Of a stretch of DNA of 64,000 nt, positions 47,661 through 57,211 are shown piece after piece. How positions within the stretch are numbered: position 1 is the stretch's first letter; each line of letters begins with the position of its first letter. Source of the DNA: Candidatus Doudnabacteria bacterium (GTDB lineage Bacteria > Patescibacteriota > Doudnabacteria > UBA920); contig CAVYGQ010000002.1 of the NCBI GenBank assembly GCA_963768175.1, positions 80,284 through 144,283 on the forward strand, given 5' to 3'. Below the pieces are notes generated by a model. That model saw nothing but the letters and a program-made list of their open reading frames with translations, was not told where the DNA came from and did not search any database. Made by a program: the position numbers and the translations under genes.

Positions 47661-48041
47661 ATGGACGCTTCAATTGTTTTGGCAAAAATTAGCGGCATAA
47701 TGTGCCTGCTAGTCGGCTTGACGGCGCTTAACAAAAAATACATCGCCGCGATAATCGATGAGCTGGAAAGCAGCAAGGCGCTATTTTGGTTTATCGGCTT
47801 TGTCGCGGCTTTAATCGGCGCCGTAATCCTGGCGCTTTACAGCGCATGGGGTTTTAACTGGCGGGTCTTGATAACTATCCTTGGATGGCTGTCTCTGCTC
47901 AAAGGGATAGCGATCACGCTTTTTCCGGATTCCCTGATGTCTTTTTATAAAAAGTTTAAAGCCAGCGGCATTATATTATTTAGCGGCGTTATTGCCATCA
48001 TCTTCGGCGTTATTTTGCTCTATAAGGCTTTTATTGCATAG
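47661..48041 (+). CDS. membrane protein (126 aa), paralog B
   Basis: Same architecture as 43950-44330 (LTLIKGLYILIFPNS vs LSLLKGIAITLFPDS). Confidence 0.45.
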   Translation: MDASIVLAKISGIMCLLVGLTALNKKYIAAIIDELESSKALFWFIGFVAALIGAVILALYSAWGFNWRVLITILGWLSLLKGIAITLFPDSLMSFYKKFKASGIILFSGVIAIIFGVILLYKAFIA

Positions 48042-48049
48042 CCACAGAG

Positions 48050-48159
48050 GCACGAACGTTGTTTAGTTGTTAAAAGCCCGAGCCTGCAAAATCCCCGATA
48101 GTTCGAGGGATTTTATTGTATAGAAACTTGATGACTTCGAAACTTGAAAGGTGTATAAT
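48050..48159 (+). repeat. array repeat R10 (last, degenerate)
   Basis: GAACGTTG ... GCCCGAGCCTGCAAAATCCCCGATAGTTCGAGGGATTTT ... GACTTCGAAACTTGAAAGGTGTATAAT. Confidence 0.7.
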
Positions 48160-48242
48160 AAATATACCTAAATAGGGCTTATATTAATAATGGTAAAAAT
48201 TTCAAGCTGACGGTTTTTAAGCCTTAAAAAAAGTTAACGCGT

Positions 48243-50114
48243 GTGGCTTTGGCTGCGCAAAAGAAAAAACAATACAAACAAAACATGTTTAAGGCAGTAG
48301 GAATAAGTCATAGTGGGCGAGGGATAGTTTTGTATTTTTCCGAACAGGGCTCCCAAAAAGGGCGGGCGTTTATAGCCGTAAGCAAAGACGGCAGGTCTTT
48401 TAGTTCGCCCCAGGCTTCCCTGACTGTTCGCCCGGCTGTCGGCCAAAAAATTACGGATGGCATTTATGATTCCGTCCGGGTAACTTCCTCAGGCAGCCAG
48501 CAAAATATTACTTTTCTCAAAACGAACCAAAAAGGCAGTTACCTGTACCAGGCCAACGCCAAAAAATTTGATTATTGGAGCAAGGCTAGGTCAATTAAAG
48601 GAATTTCAGAGCCTGCGGTTGTGGTGGCGCCGGCAACAAACCGGCAGACAATGTTTTTTGGCCGCCACAACATTTTTTTGGCTACGGCCGGCCCTCGCGG
48701 CGTCTGGAAAATCTCGCCAAAGCCGCTGCTAGAGCCGCGCCAGAATTATTTTGACAACAGCGCGTTAGCGGTCGGACAGGCCAGAACGGTAGAGCAAGGG
48801 ATGTTATTGACTTATTACGCGCGGTACAGCGACAGTAACCATAAAGGGTTAATTACCGTCGGCGCCGCGCTTTTTGACAAGCAAAGTCCGGAAAAACTTT
48901 TATGGCGCAGCGACTACCCGTTGTGGCAACAACCTAAGGGGTACAGGAGCCGGCATATGGAGCCAGTTGGAGAAATAGATGTTAACGGGCAGTCTTTGCT
49001 TTTTTGCCAAAGCGAAAATGGCGACATTTTTTCCGTCGTCCTTCCCCTGTGGAATTGTTTTGTCCGCGCGGCGCAGGCCAGAAAGCGCCTGCCACACCTG
49101 GAGCGGTCGCCCAAGAATCCCGTCTTGAGCCCCAAGCTGGAGCACGACTGGGAGTCCAAGGCTGCCTTTAACCCGGCCGCTTTTTACGCGCGCGGCCGCG
49201 TGCACTTAATTTACCGTGCTATTGGCGACCGGGATATTTCCACTTTTGGTTACGCTTCCAGCGCCGACGGCGTGCATTTTGACGAGCGGCTGGACTACCC
49301 TATTTACGGGCCGCGTAAACATTTTGAAGGGACCGGCTTAAAAAAACCCGAGCACCCCAGCCATTTTGCCTCCGGCGGCACCGGCATCGGCGGTTGCGAA
49401 GATCCGCGCATCTCCCTGATTGACAATGTTTTATACATGACCTATGTGGCCTTTGACGGCCAAAACCCGCCGCGCGTGGCTTTAACCACCATCTCTCTGG
49501 AAGATTTTTTGAGCCACCGCTGGAATTGGACCGAGCCGGTGCTTATTTCTCCGTATATTCCCGGGGAAGGCAACAAAAATTGCTGCATCCTGCCGGAAAA
49601 AATCAACGGCCAGTACGTTGTGTTCCACCGTATTTGGCCGGATATTTTAATTGATTACGTTGATGATTTAAACTTTGACGGAAAGAACAAATTTTTAAGC
49701 AGGTCGGGTCATGCCAAAATAAAACCGCGGAAGATGCATTGGGATTCGCGCAAAATCGGTGTCGGCGCCACGCCGGTTAGGACCGACGCCGGCTGGCTGC
49801 TGATTTATCAGGCGGTGGGCAACCAGGACAGCGCCAAATACAAAATTGGAGCTATGCTGCTGGATTTGCACGACCCGGCCAAGGTGGTGGCCAGAGCCCA
49901 TGTGCCGGTGCTGGAACCGGAAGCTTGGTACGAAAACGAAGGCTGGAAATACGGCGTAGTTTATCCGTGCGGGGCGGCAGTGGTGGGCGATGACCTGTTT
50001 GTCTATTATGGCGGGGCCGACATGTATAGCTGCGTGGCCAAAGCCAGCTTGCCCGACTTTTTAACCCATTTATTAACTCATCAGCCGGCCACCTTGGCGC
50101 AGGTGGCAATATAG
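48243..50114 (+). CDS. glycoside hydrolase family 130-like protein (partial domain plus one full domain)
   Basis: NPVLSPKLEHDWESKAAFNPAA..LIYRAIG..FGYASSADGVHF..GGCEDPRISLIDNVLYMTYVAFDG hallmarks; the N-terminal half resembles a GH130 C-terminal portion. Confidence 0.7.
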   Translation: MALAAQKKKQYKQNMFKAVGISHSGRGIVLYFSEQGSQKGRAFIAVSKDGRSFSSPQASLTVRPAVGQKITDGIYDSVRVTSSGSQQNITFLKTNQKGSYLYQANAKKFDYWSKARSIKGISEPAVVVAPATNRQTMFFGRHNIFLATAGPRGVWKISPKPLLEPRQNYFDNSALAVGQARTVEQGMLLTYYARYSDSNHKGLITVGAALFDKQSPEKLLWRSDYPLWQQPKGYRSRHMEPVGEIDVNGQSLLFCQSENGDIFSVVLPLWNCFVRAAQARKRLPHLERSPKNPVLSPKLEHDWESKAAFNPAAFYARGRVHLIYRAIGDRDISTFGYASSADGVHFDERLDYPIYGPRKHFEGTGLKKPEHPSHFASGGTGIGGCEDPRISLIDNVLYMTYVAFDGQNPPRVALTTISLEDFLSHRWNWTEPVLISPYIPGEGNKNCCILPEKINGQYVVFHRIWPDILIDYVDDLNFDGKNKFLSRSGHAKIKPRKMHWDSRKIGVGATPVRTDAGWLLIYQAVGNQDSAKYKIGAMLLDLHDPAKVVARAHVPVLEPEAWYENEGWKYGVVYPCGAAVVGDDLFVYYGGADMYSCVAKASLPDFLTHLLTHQPATLAQVAI

Positions 50115-50123
50115 ATTATAGCT

Positions 50124-52016
50124 ATGGATATTCAACGGGCAAAAGAGAACCCCATTTTAAAAGGCAGCCCTGAATATCCGTGGGAAGCGGCGGGCGCTTT
50201 TAACGGCTCGGTGGTTTTTGACGGTGCGAAGTACCATATGGTCTATCGCGCCTTATCTAACGAACAGGATTGCCACGGCGTGGATATACAGGTTTCGTCT
50301 ATCGGCTATGCCCAAAGCGTTGACGGCATAAATTTCACAAACCACCGGCAACTCATACAGCCATCCGAGGAATGGGAAAAGTACGGCTGCGAGGATCCGC
50401 GCATGACCAAAGTGGGTGATACTTTTTTTATTTTCTATACCGCCCTGTCTGAATACCCTTTTAACAAAAACGGCATAAAAGTCGCGGTAGCAACAACCAA
50501 AGATTTAAACAACATTACGGAAAAGCACCCGGTTACGCCGTTTAACGCCAAAGCCATGGCCTTGTTCCCGGAAAAAATCAATGGCCAGTACGCGGCGTTG
50601 CTGTCGGTTAATACCGATAATCCGCCGGCGCGGATTTGTCTGGCGCTGTTTAACGGGCAGGAAGACATCTGGTCCGCCCCTTTTTGGAGGCAATGGTACG
50701 ATGATTTGGAAGACCATGTGCTGTTCGTCCGCCGCAACGACCATGACCACGTGGAAGTCGGCGCGCCGCCGGTTAAAACCTCCGAAGGCTGGCTGGCCGT
50801 ATTTTCTTACATCAGAGATTATTTTACCCCGCCCGCAACTTTTGGCATTGAGGCGGTTTTGCTTAAAGCGGACAATCCGTTCCGGATAATCGGCAGGACG
50901 GTAGAGCCGATACTGCAGCCGGAAGCCGATTACGAGCGAAACGGCAATGTGGCCAATATCGTCTTTCCCACCGGCGCTGTTGTGGATAAAAATCAACTGG
51001 CTGTTTATTACGGGGCCGCCGACACCACGACCTGCTTAGCTAAACTGCCGCTTTATCCGCTTTTGGAAACTATGGTGAGCAACGGACCGCCCACTATCCG
51101 TCTGCGGCGGTCAAGCCATAACCCTATACTCTCGCCCATACAAAACCACAGTTGGGAGGCTAAAGCCGTTTTTAACCCGGCGGCCTGGTACGGCGGCAAA
51201 AAAGTGCATTTGCTTTATCGCGCCCAAGGCTGTAGCAATACTTCGGTTTTTGGTTACGCCGCCAGCTACGACGGTCTGTCGCTGTCGGAACGCCTGCCGG
51301 AGCCGGTTTATGTGCCACGGGAAGAGTTTGAACAAAAATTGGTACTAGGCGGTAATTCCGGCTGTGAAGATCCGCGCTTAACGCAAATCGGCGACACCCT
51401 GTATATGTGCTATACGGCTTATGACGGCAAAAATCCTCCACGCGTGGCCTTAGCTTCCATTTTAGTGGAAGATTTTTTGTCTAAACGGTGGAACTGGACA
51501 GCGGCAAAGCTGATTTCTCCTCCCGGCCAGGATGACAAAGATTCCGCGCTCTTCCCCAAAAAAATCAAGAACCAATACGCGATTTTGCACCGTTTGGGGC
51601 AGGGCATTTGCCTGGACTTTTGCAATAATTTGGATTTTGGCGAAAGCCATTGGCTTGGAGGCAAACATTTGATGAATCCGCGGGACGAAAGCTGGGACAG
51701 CGTGCGCATTGGCATCGCCGCTCCGCCGATAGAAACCAAGTCCGGCTGGCTGTTGTTGTATCACGGCATTTCTCATCATGTCAAATATCGTTTGGGCGCG
51801 GCTTTGTTGGATTTAAAAGACCCGACCCGTGTGCTGGCCCGAACCGATGAGCCGATTTTGGAGCCGGAACTGCCTTATGAAAAATTCGGCGAGGTGCCGC
51901 AAGTCGTGTTCCCCTGCGGCGCCGTAGTGGTTGATGACACCTTATTTGTTTATTACGGCGCCGCCGATACAGTTGTCGGCGCCGCCCATATTAAACTTAA
52001 GGAGATATTGGGATAA
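50124..52016 (+). CDS. tandem double GH130-like domain protein
   Basis: Two repeats of the NP(I/V)L..P..WE..AAFN..YR..G...GYA.S.DG...GCEDPR...Y..YTA.DG pattern; 630 aa. Confidence 0.75.
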   Translation: MDIQRAKENPILKGSPEYPWEAAGAFNGSVVFDGAKYHMVYRALSNEQDCHGVDIQVSSIGYAQSVDGINFTNHRQLIQPSEEWEKYGCEDPRMTKVGDTFFIFYTALSEYPFNKNGIKVAVATTKDLNNITEKHPVTPFNAKAMALFPEKINGQYAALLSVNTDNPPARICLALFNGQEDIWSAPFWRQWYDDLEDHVLFVRRNDHDHVEVGAPPVKTSEGWLAVFSYIRDYFTPPATFGIEAVLLKADNPFRIIGRTVEPILQPEADYERNGNVANIVFPTGAVVDKNQLAVYYGAADTTTCLAKLPLYPLLETMVSNGPPTIRLRRSSHNPILSPIQNHSWEAKAVFNPAAWYGGKKVHLLYRAQGCSNTSVFGYAASYDGLSLSERLPEPVYVPREEFEQKLVLGGNSGCEDPRLTQIGDTLYMCYTAYDGKNPPRVALASILVEDFLSKRWNWTAAKLISPPGQDDKDSALFPKKIKNQYAILHRLGQGICLDFCNNLDFGESHWLGGKHLMNPRDESWDSVRIGIAAPPIETKSGWLLLYHGISHHVKYRLGAALLDLKDPTRVLARTDEPILEPELPYEKFGEVPQVVFPCGAVVVDDTLFVYYGAADTVVGAAHIKLKEILG

Positions 52017-52132
52017 TTTAGTGAATATAATTTTTTTAACCGGGGCAAAAACCGACTTTTTTCTGGGGCTGGTTTAAAATCCGCGGCGTGATATAATTTA
52101 ATAAGGGGCTTTGATAATTAAAATACAATTTT

Positions 52133-52531
52133 ATGAGGGGATTTAGCGCGAATATTGAAAAAGACACTTTGGAAAACAGCAATTTCCGCAAGGTGCTTTA
52201 TACCGCAAAACACAGCCAACTGGTGCTGATGTGTTTAAAACCGAAAGAAGAAATCGGTATGGAAGTCCATAAAGATAATGACCAATTTTTTCGGTTTGAA
52301 CAGGGGCAGGGGAAATGCATTATTGACGGCAATGAATACCCGGTTGTCGACGGCTCGGCTATTATAGTCCCGGCCGGAGCGCAGCATAATGTGGTTAATA
52401 CTTCCAAAACGCAGGAGCTGAAGCTATATACTATTTATGCCCCGGCGCACCATAAAGATAAAATAGTGCGGACGACCAAGGAGCAAGCCGAAGCAAACGA
52501 AGAAGAGTTTGACGGTGTTACAACGGAATAA
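52133..52531 (+). CDS. cupin domain protein
   Basis: GMEVHKDNDQFFRFEQG ... VPAGAQHNVVN conserved cupin motifs. Confidence 0.7.
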   Translation: MRGFSANIEKDTLENSNFRKVLYTAKHSQLVLMCLKPKEEIGMEVHKDNDQFFRFEQGQGKCIIDGNEYPVVDGSAIIVPAGAQHNVVNTSKTQELKLYTIYAPAHHKDKIVRTTKEQAEANEEEFDGVTTE

Positions 52532-52684
52532 ATTATTTAAGACTTGACTTTCTGGTTTAGCCTTTTGTATAATGTGCGTACCCCCGGCGTTTTAGACGTG
52601 GGGCCGGCAAAGATAAAGGGAAGTTTTTAAATTTGCTGTTTTTATAGCACATTTTGTTTTACGTACAAGATTAACATAACAAAT

Positions 52685-53188
52685 ATGCTGCCAGCCCCTA
52701 TTCCCCCCAACGAAAAAGAGCGGTTAGCCGCCGTTTTGGAGTTGAAAATTTTAAATACCAAGCGCGAAGAACGATTTGACCGCATTACTAAAATGGTTTT
52801 AGAGCGGTTTAATGTCCCCATTTCCACCATATCCATATTGGATGCCGACCGCGAATGGTATAAATCTTGCCAGGGCCTTGATGCCAAAGAAGGGCCGCGG
52901 TCAACATCTTTTTGCGGGCATATCATTTCACAAAATTATATTTTTGTGATAGAAGATACCCTGCTTGACCCGCGCTTTGCCGACAACCCACAAGTTACCG
53001 GCAAGCCATATGTGCGTTTTTATGCGGGCATGGCGTTGCGCAACAAAAAAAACGATCTGACAGTCGGAGTGCTTTGTTTAAAAGATACCAAGCCCCGAAA
53101 GTTTAGCAAACAGGATATACTGGATTTAAAAAAATTAGCCGAACTCGCGGAAGAGGAATTAAATAAGCCGCAGGCATCTAAGTCTTAG
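52685..53188 (+). CDS. GAF domain protein
   Basis: 167 aa; SFCGHIISQNYIFVIEDTLLDPRFADNPQVTG ... RFYAGMAL. Confidence 0.7.
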   Translation: MLPAPIPPNEKERLAAVLELKILNTKREERFDRITKMVLERFNVPISTISILDADREWYKSCQGLDAKEGPRSTSFCGHIISQNYIFVIEDTLLDPRFADNPQVTGKPYVRFYAGMALRNKKNDLTVGVLCLKDTKPRKFSKQDILDLKKLAELAEEELNKPQASKS

Positions 53189-53215
53189 TCTTAAACAAAA
53201 AAAGGACTTACGACT

Positions 53216-53322
53216 TTACTATTTTGATTCCATTCCGAGGAGTGCATCCGACGAGAAATCTGTTAGAATAAGTTGCGTTGTTTATAGATTTCTCCTCCTC
53301 GGCTGCACTCGTCGTCGAAATG
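53216..53322. repeat. palindromic element of the GAGTGCA family
   Basis: GATTCCATTCCGAGGAGTGCATCCGACGAGAAATC ... GATTTCTCCTCCTCGGCTGCACTCGTCGTCGAAATGGAATC. Confidence 0.55.
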
Positions 53323-53363
53323 GAATCAAGCGCCCAAGTTTTAAAAAATTAATACTTAAATTT

Positions 53364-53942
53364 ATGGAAACCATAATCGACAAAACCAAAACCGCTTTGG
53401 TGGTAATTGACTTGCAAAAAGGCATCGCCTCCATGCCCACTCAGCCGCATGAAGCCAAAACCGTTATTGCCAATGCCGCCAAACTGGCGCAGGCTTTTAG
53501 GAAAAACCAAATGCCGGTATTTTTGGTTAGGGTTTCAACATCAGTGGACGGCAAAGACCGTTTGGCGCCGATTGTTGACGGCGAAAACGCGTGGGGCAAC
53601 CGCCAGATGCCGGCTGATTGGAGTGAAATAGTTCTCGAGCTGGGGCTGGAAGCAACCGACTTCATCGTCACCAAAAAACAGTGGGGAGCTTTTTACGGCA
53701 CGGAACTGGATTTGCAGCTGCGCCGCAGGAAAATAGATACCATCGTTTTATGCGGCATTGCCACCAACATTGGGGTGGAGAGTACCGCGCGTTTTGCCTT
53801 TGAATATGGCTATCAGCAGATTTTTGTGGAAGACGCCATGTCCAGCCGCAGCGCGGAAGAACACAATTTTACCGTAAAAAACACCTTTTCCCGAATGGGG
53901 CGGGTACGTAAGACGGAAGATGTTTTGGCAAGTCTAAAGTAA
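53364..53942 (+). CDS. isochorismatase-family cysteine hydrolase
   Basis: TALVVIDLQKG, VFLVRV, IVLCGIATNIGVEST (catalytic Cys context). Confidence 0.75.
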   Translation: METIIDKTKTALVVIDLQKGIASMPTQPHEAKTVIANAAKLAQAFRKNQMPVFLVRVSTSVDGKDRLAPIVDGENAWGNRQMPADWSEIVLELGLEATDFIVTKKQWGAFYGTELDLQLRRRKIDTIVLCGIATNIGVESTARFAFEYGYQQIFVEDAMSSRSAEEHNFTVKNTFSRMGRVRKTEDVLASLK

Positions 53943-53984
53943 AATTTTAAGCTTTAACAAAAATCCATCTTAAAGATGTGGTTT

Positions 53985-54779
53985 TTATTTCCCCAAAACA
54001 GTTTGTTCGGCGATTTGGCGGAGGATTTTGGCGGTAGGAGGATCGAGAGTTAGGGGAGAGGCATTGGCGACTGATTTATTAAACAGGGTAACGTAAAACA
54101 CGCAAGCGGCTAAGTAGGTGCCTGCGGTTGAAGGATGCCTATCGTCTTGGTAAAGCTGAATTTCGGGATGGGTTTGTCTTACTACTTGCCAGGCTTCGCC
54201 AACCGGCGCCAACAGAGCGCCGGTTTTTTGTACCATTTCGTAGTAAGATTTAGACAGCTGGTTTTGCATCGCCGTGTAATTGCACAAGGTCGGGGAGTAA
54301 GTGCAATACTGCGGGTCGCCGTCTTTGTATCCCCAGGTTTCAAAGAACACGGTCTTGGTGGTGGAGCCCAGGGGATGAACTAGGCTGTCCAATTGCAGCG
54401 CATAGGGTATTACTTCATTATTGACGCGGGAATCCTGGAGCGCGGGCATTTCGCTTTGCTCTTGCAAGACCACAAAATTCCAAGGTTGGGATTTTATTTT
54501 ACTCAAAGCTGTTTGGTCGGTAGTGTCCTGTTTTAGCGTGTAACTGCCCGGGTCGTAGGCGTCGTATTTAACACTATCGTCCAGCGATTGGGCAATATCG
54601 GCAATTGTTTTAGGCAAATCGTTGACAGACGTTAAACTGTTGCCAAGAAATAGGACGCTAATGGTTGAGCCTTTTGATTTGGGCACGCCATATTTCGCGT
54701 AAACTAAAATCCCGCCGATCAATATTATCAGCACGGCGATAAAAACAGTATGTCGTGTGGGTTTGCTTTTGATTTCCAT
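53985..54779 (-). CDS. hypothetical secreted/membrane-anchored protein, SGNH-hydrolase-like
   Basis: N-terminal TM segment; VLFLGNSLT near the N-terminus. Confidence 0.35.
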   Translation of the reverse strand: MEIKSKPTRHTVFIAVLIILIGGILVYAKYGVPKSKGSTISVLFLGNSLTSVNDLPKTIADIAQSLDDSVKYDAYDPGSYTLKQDTTDQTALSKIKSQPWNFVVLQEQSEMPALQDSRVNNEVIPYALQLDSLVHPLGSTTKTVFFETWGYKDGDPQYCTYSPTLCNYTAMQNQLSKSYYEMVQKTGALLAPVGEAWQVVRQTHPEIQLYQDDRHPSTAGTYLAACVFYVTLFNKSVANASPLTLDPPTAKILRQIAEQTVLGK

Positions 54780-56179
54780 TATAAGCTAGCCAATTTGGCA
54801 GCCAAGCCGATATAATTTTCCGGCGTAAATTTTTTCAATTCTTTTTTGACTTTTGCCGAGACATCAAGTCCGTCAATAAATTTGTGGATATCGGCTAAAG
54901 TAACCTGTTTGCCGCGGGTGAGTTCTTTTAATTGCTCGTAGGGTATTGCTACGCCCTCGCGCCGCAGGACGGTTTGAATGGCTTCGGCAACCACTTCGGG
55001 ATGACTTTGTAAATCGGCGATAATTTTAATTTTATTTATTGAAATTTTAGAGAGGCCTTTGAGCAAATATTCGTAGGCAATCAGGCAGTGGCCAAGCGCT
55101 GTGCCGAAATTCCGTTCTACCGTGGAGTCGGATAAATCTCTTTGCAGGCGGGAAATGGGAAGTTTGCGGGAAAAGAATTCAAACAGCGCGTTGGCGAGTC
55201 CTAAGTTGCCTTCGCTGTTTTCAAATTTAATCGGGTTAATCTTGTGCGGCATGGTACTGCTGCCAACCGTACCTCCTGGGGATTTTTGTGCAACCCATTC
55301 ATCGCTAATGTACCGCCACATATCCTGATTAAAGCCGATTAAAATAGTGTTGATGTGGCGCAGGCAGTCAAAAATTTGGACTTCATTGTCATGGGGATCA
55401 ATTTGGGTTGTAAATAAATTAGGTTCTAGGTTTAAGGTTCTAGGTTTTAGGCTAGAGTGGTTATTAAGGCTGCCGACGAAATTTTTGCTGAATTTTACCC
55501 AATCTACTTTGGGATAAGCGGCAATATGTGCGTTATAATTGCCGCTGGCTCCGTTGAGTTTAACGGATATTTTAATGTTTTTGAGAATACTCGTCTGTTT
55601 GCTTAAGCGTACGGCAAAAATTTTAAACTCCTTGCCAAAGGTGGTCGGGGAAGCAGGTTGGCCATGGGTGCGCGCCAACATTGGAAGGTTTTTGTATTTT
55701 TTAGCCAAGCTTTCCAAAGCCTTGCGCACTTTGTTAAGCTCGGGAAGAATAATTTGTCCTAAGGCGTCGCTGAGCATCATTCCGCGGGCTAAGGTATTGG
55801 TGTCGTAGGAAGTCAGGGCAAAATGGATATATTCCAAAATATCTTTAAGTGAAGTGCCGCCCAATTTGTCTTTCATAAAATATTCCACGGCTTTGACGTC
55901 ATGGTCGGTAGCCTTGATGTTTTTGTAACCTTTGGTTTCAATATCGGAAATAATTTGCGCGTCCTTTTGAAAAAGTTTATAAAGATTTCGAATTTTGACG
56001 ATTTCGGCGTTTTTGAGTTTTCGCAGTTTCAAACCCTTGGTTTGTGAAAGCGCGATTAAATATTCGCCTTCCACAATTAAACGGTAGCGCATAAGGGCTT
56101 GTTCGCTGAAGTATTTAGCCAGGGGTTCCGCGGTTTTGCGGTAGCGGCCGTCAATGGGGGAAATGGAATTTAAAGGCAT
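54779..56179 (-). CDS. purB: adenylosuccinate lyase
   Basis: 466 aa; fumarate-lyase family signature region (GSSTMPHKINP). Confidence 0.9.
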   Translation of the reverse strand: MPLNSISPIDGRYRKTAEPLAKYFSEQALMRYRLIVEGEYLIALSQTKGLKLRKLKNAEIVKIRNLYKLFQKDAQIISDIETKGYKNIKATDHDVKAVEYFMKDKLGGTSLKDILEYIHFALTSYDTNTLARGMMLSDALGQIILPELNKVRKALESLAKKYKNLPMLARTHGQPASPTTFGKEFKIFAVRLSKQTSILKNIKISVKLNGASGNYNAHIAAYPKVDWVKFSKNFVGSLNNHSSLKPRTLNLEPNLFTTQIDPHDNEVQIFDCLRHINTILIGFNQDMWRYISDEWVAQKSPGGTVGSSTMPHKINPIKFENSEGNLGLANALFEFFSRKLPISRLQRDLSDSTVERNFGTALGHCLIAYEYLLKGLSKISINKIKIIADLQSHPEVVAEAIQTVLRREGVAIPYEQLKELTRGKQVTLADIHKFIDGLDVSAKVKKELKKFTPENYIGLAAKLASL

Positions 56180-56184
56180 AGGTT

Positions 56185-57198
56185 TTAGGTCTTAGGTTTT
56201 AGTAAATAAGCTGATAAATTTTTTTCAATCCTCTCCGCGATCGGTGTTTGTAAGTCTGTTTCAAACTTCTGGCCGGTGATTTGTTCAAATATCTGGATGT
56301 ATCTGCTTGATAATTCCGCGACCATATCTGCCGGAGCAGGGGGCAAGACTTTATCTTCGTAGGGATTACTGTGTTCTTTAAACCACAATCTTAAAAATTC
56401 TTTGTCAAAGTTTTGGGGCTCCAACCCGGCGTCTATTCTGGCTTGATAACTGTCCGCTTGCCAATATCTGGAGGAGTCCGGTGTGTGGACTTCGTCGATC
56501 AGCATTAATTTACCGTTATTATCAAGCCCGAATTCGTATTTAGTGTCTACCAAAATCAGCCCGCGGCTTAAAGCAATCTTTTGGCCGCGCTTAAATAATT
56601 TAATGGCGGTATCGGCAAGTTGTTTCCACAACTCTTTCGGCAGGATTTTTTCTTCAATAATCTGTTTGGAGTTAAGCGGCCTGTCGTGTTCATCCGATTT
56701 GGTAGTAGGGGTTAGCACCGGTTTTTTCAGCTTTTGGTTTTTTTTCATGCCGTCGGGCAGGGTAAAATCCCCAAAATCCCTTTGGCCTTTTTGGTAAAGC
56801 GTCCAAAGGCTGGTGCCGGTCACGCCGGTAATATAGCCTCTTACTACCATTTCTATGGGTATTACCGAGCATTTTTTTACCACCACCACGTTGGGGTCGG
56901 GCGAGCCGATAATATGGTTTTGGATAATGTTTTTGGTTTGACCAAACCAAAATTTGCTGGTCTGGGTTAATACTTGGCCTTTAAAGGGGATAAGCGCCAA
57001 GTTGCGGTCAAACGCTGAATACCTGTCCGTCGACACCAAAATAATTTTGTCCGGCTGGGTATAAATATCCCGCACTTTTCCCTGGCGCCTTAGGCCTAAG
57101 TTGATGTTTTTTCCGCCGGAGGCGGATCCGCCTTTGGCGGAAAAATCGGTCTTTTCCAAAACACGGGTTAAGTTTTGCTGGATTGTTTGTTTGTCCAT
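56185..57198 (-). CDS. purC: phosphoribosylaminoimidazole-succinocarboxamide synthase (SAICAR synthetase)
   Basis: 337 aa long-form PurC; GKVRDIY and LILVDTKYEFG motifs. Confidence 0.85.
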   Translation of the reverse strand: MDKQTIQQNLTRVLEKTDFSAKGGSASGGKNINLGLRRQGKVRDIYTQPDKIILVSTDRYSAFDRNLALIPFKGQVLTQTSKFWFGQTKNIIQNHIIGSPDPNVVVVKKCSVIPIEMVVRGYITGVTGTSLWTLYQKGQRDFGDFTLPDGMKKNQKLKKPVLTPTTKSDEHDRPLNSKQIIEEKILPKELWKQLADTAIKLFKRGQKIALSRGLILVDTKYEFGLDNNGKLMLIDEVHTPDSSRYWQADSYQARIDAGLEPQNFDKEFLRLWFKEHSNPYEDKVLPPAPADMVAELSSRYIQIFEQITGQKFETDLQTPIAERIEKNLSAYLLKPKT

Positions 57199-57211
57199 AA
57201 ATAATTAATAA

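Noticed and set aside
35355-48160. CRISPR array
   Set aside because: The repeats are 100-180 bp, separated by whole genes rather than ~30-40-bp spacers, and mutually divergent; no cas genes are present. It is not a CRISPR array.
35355-48160. Canonical integron (IntI + attI + attC cassettes)
   Set aside because: GTTCTAAC / GTTAGAAC resemble attC R-boxes, but I could not identify L-boxes or the extended bulged-hairpin complementarity of attC sites. No tyrosine recombinase is in the window, and the adjacent DDE transposase is IS3-type. I keep it only as one hypothesis under the array finding.
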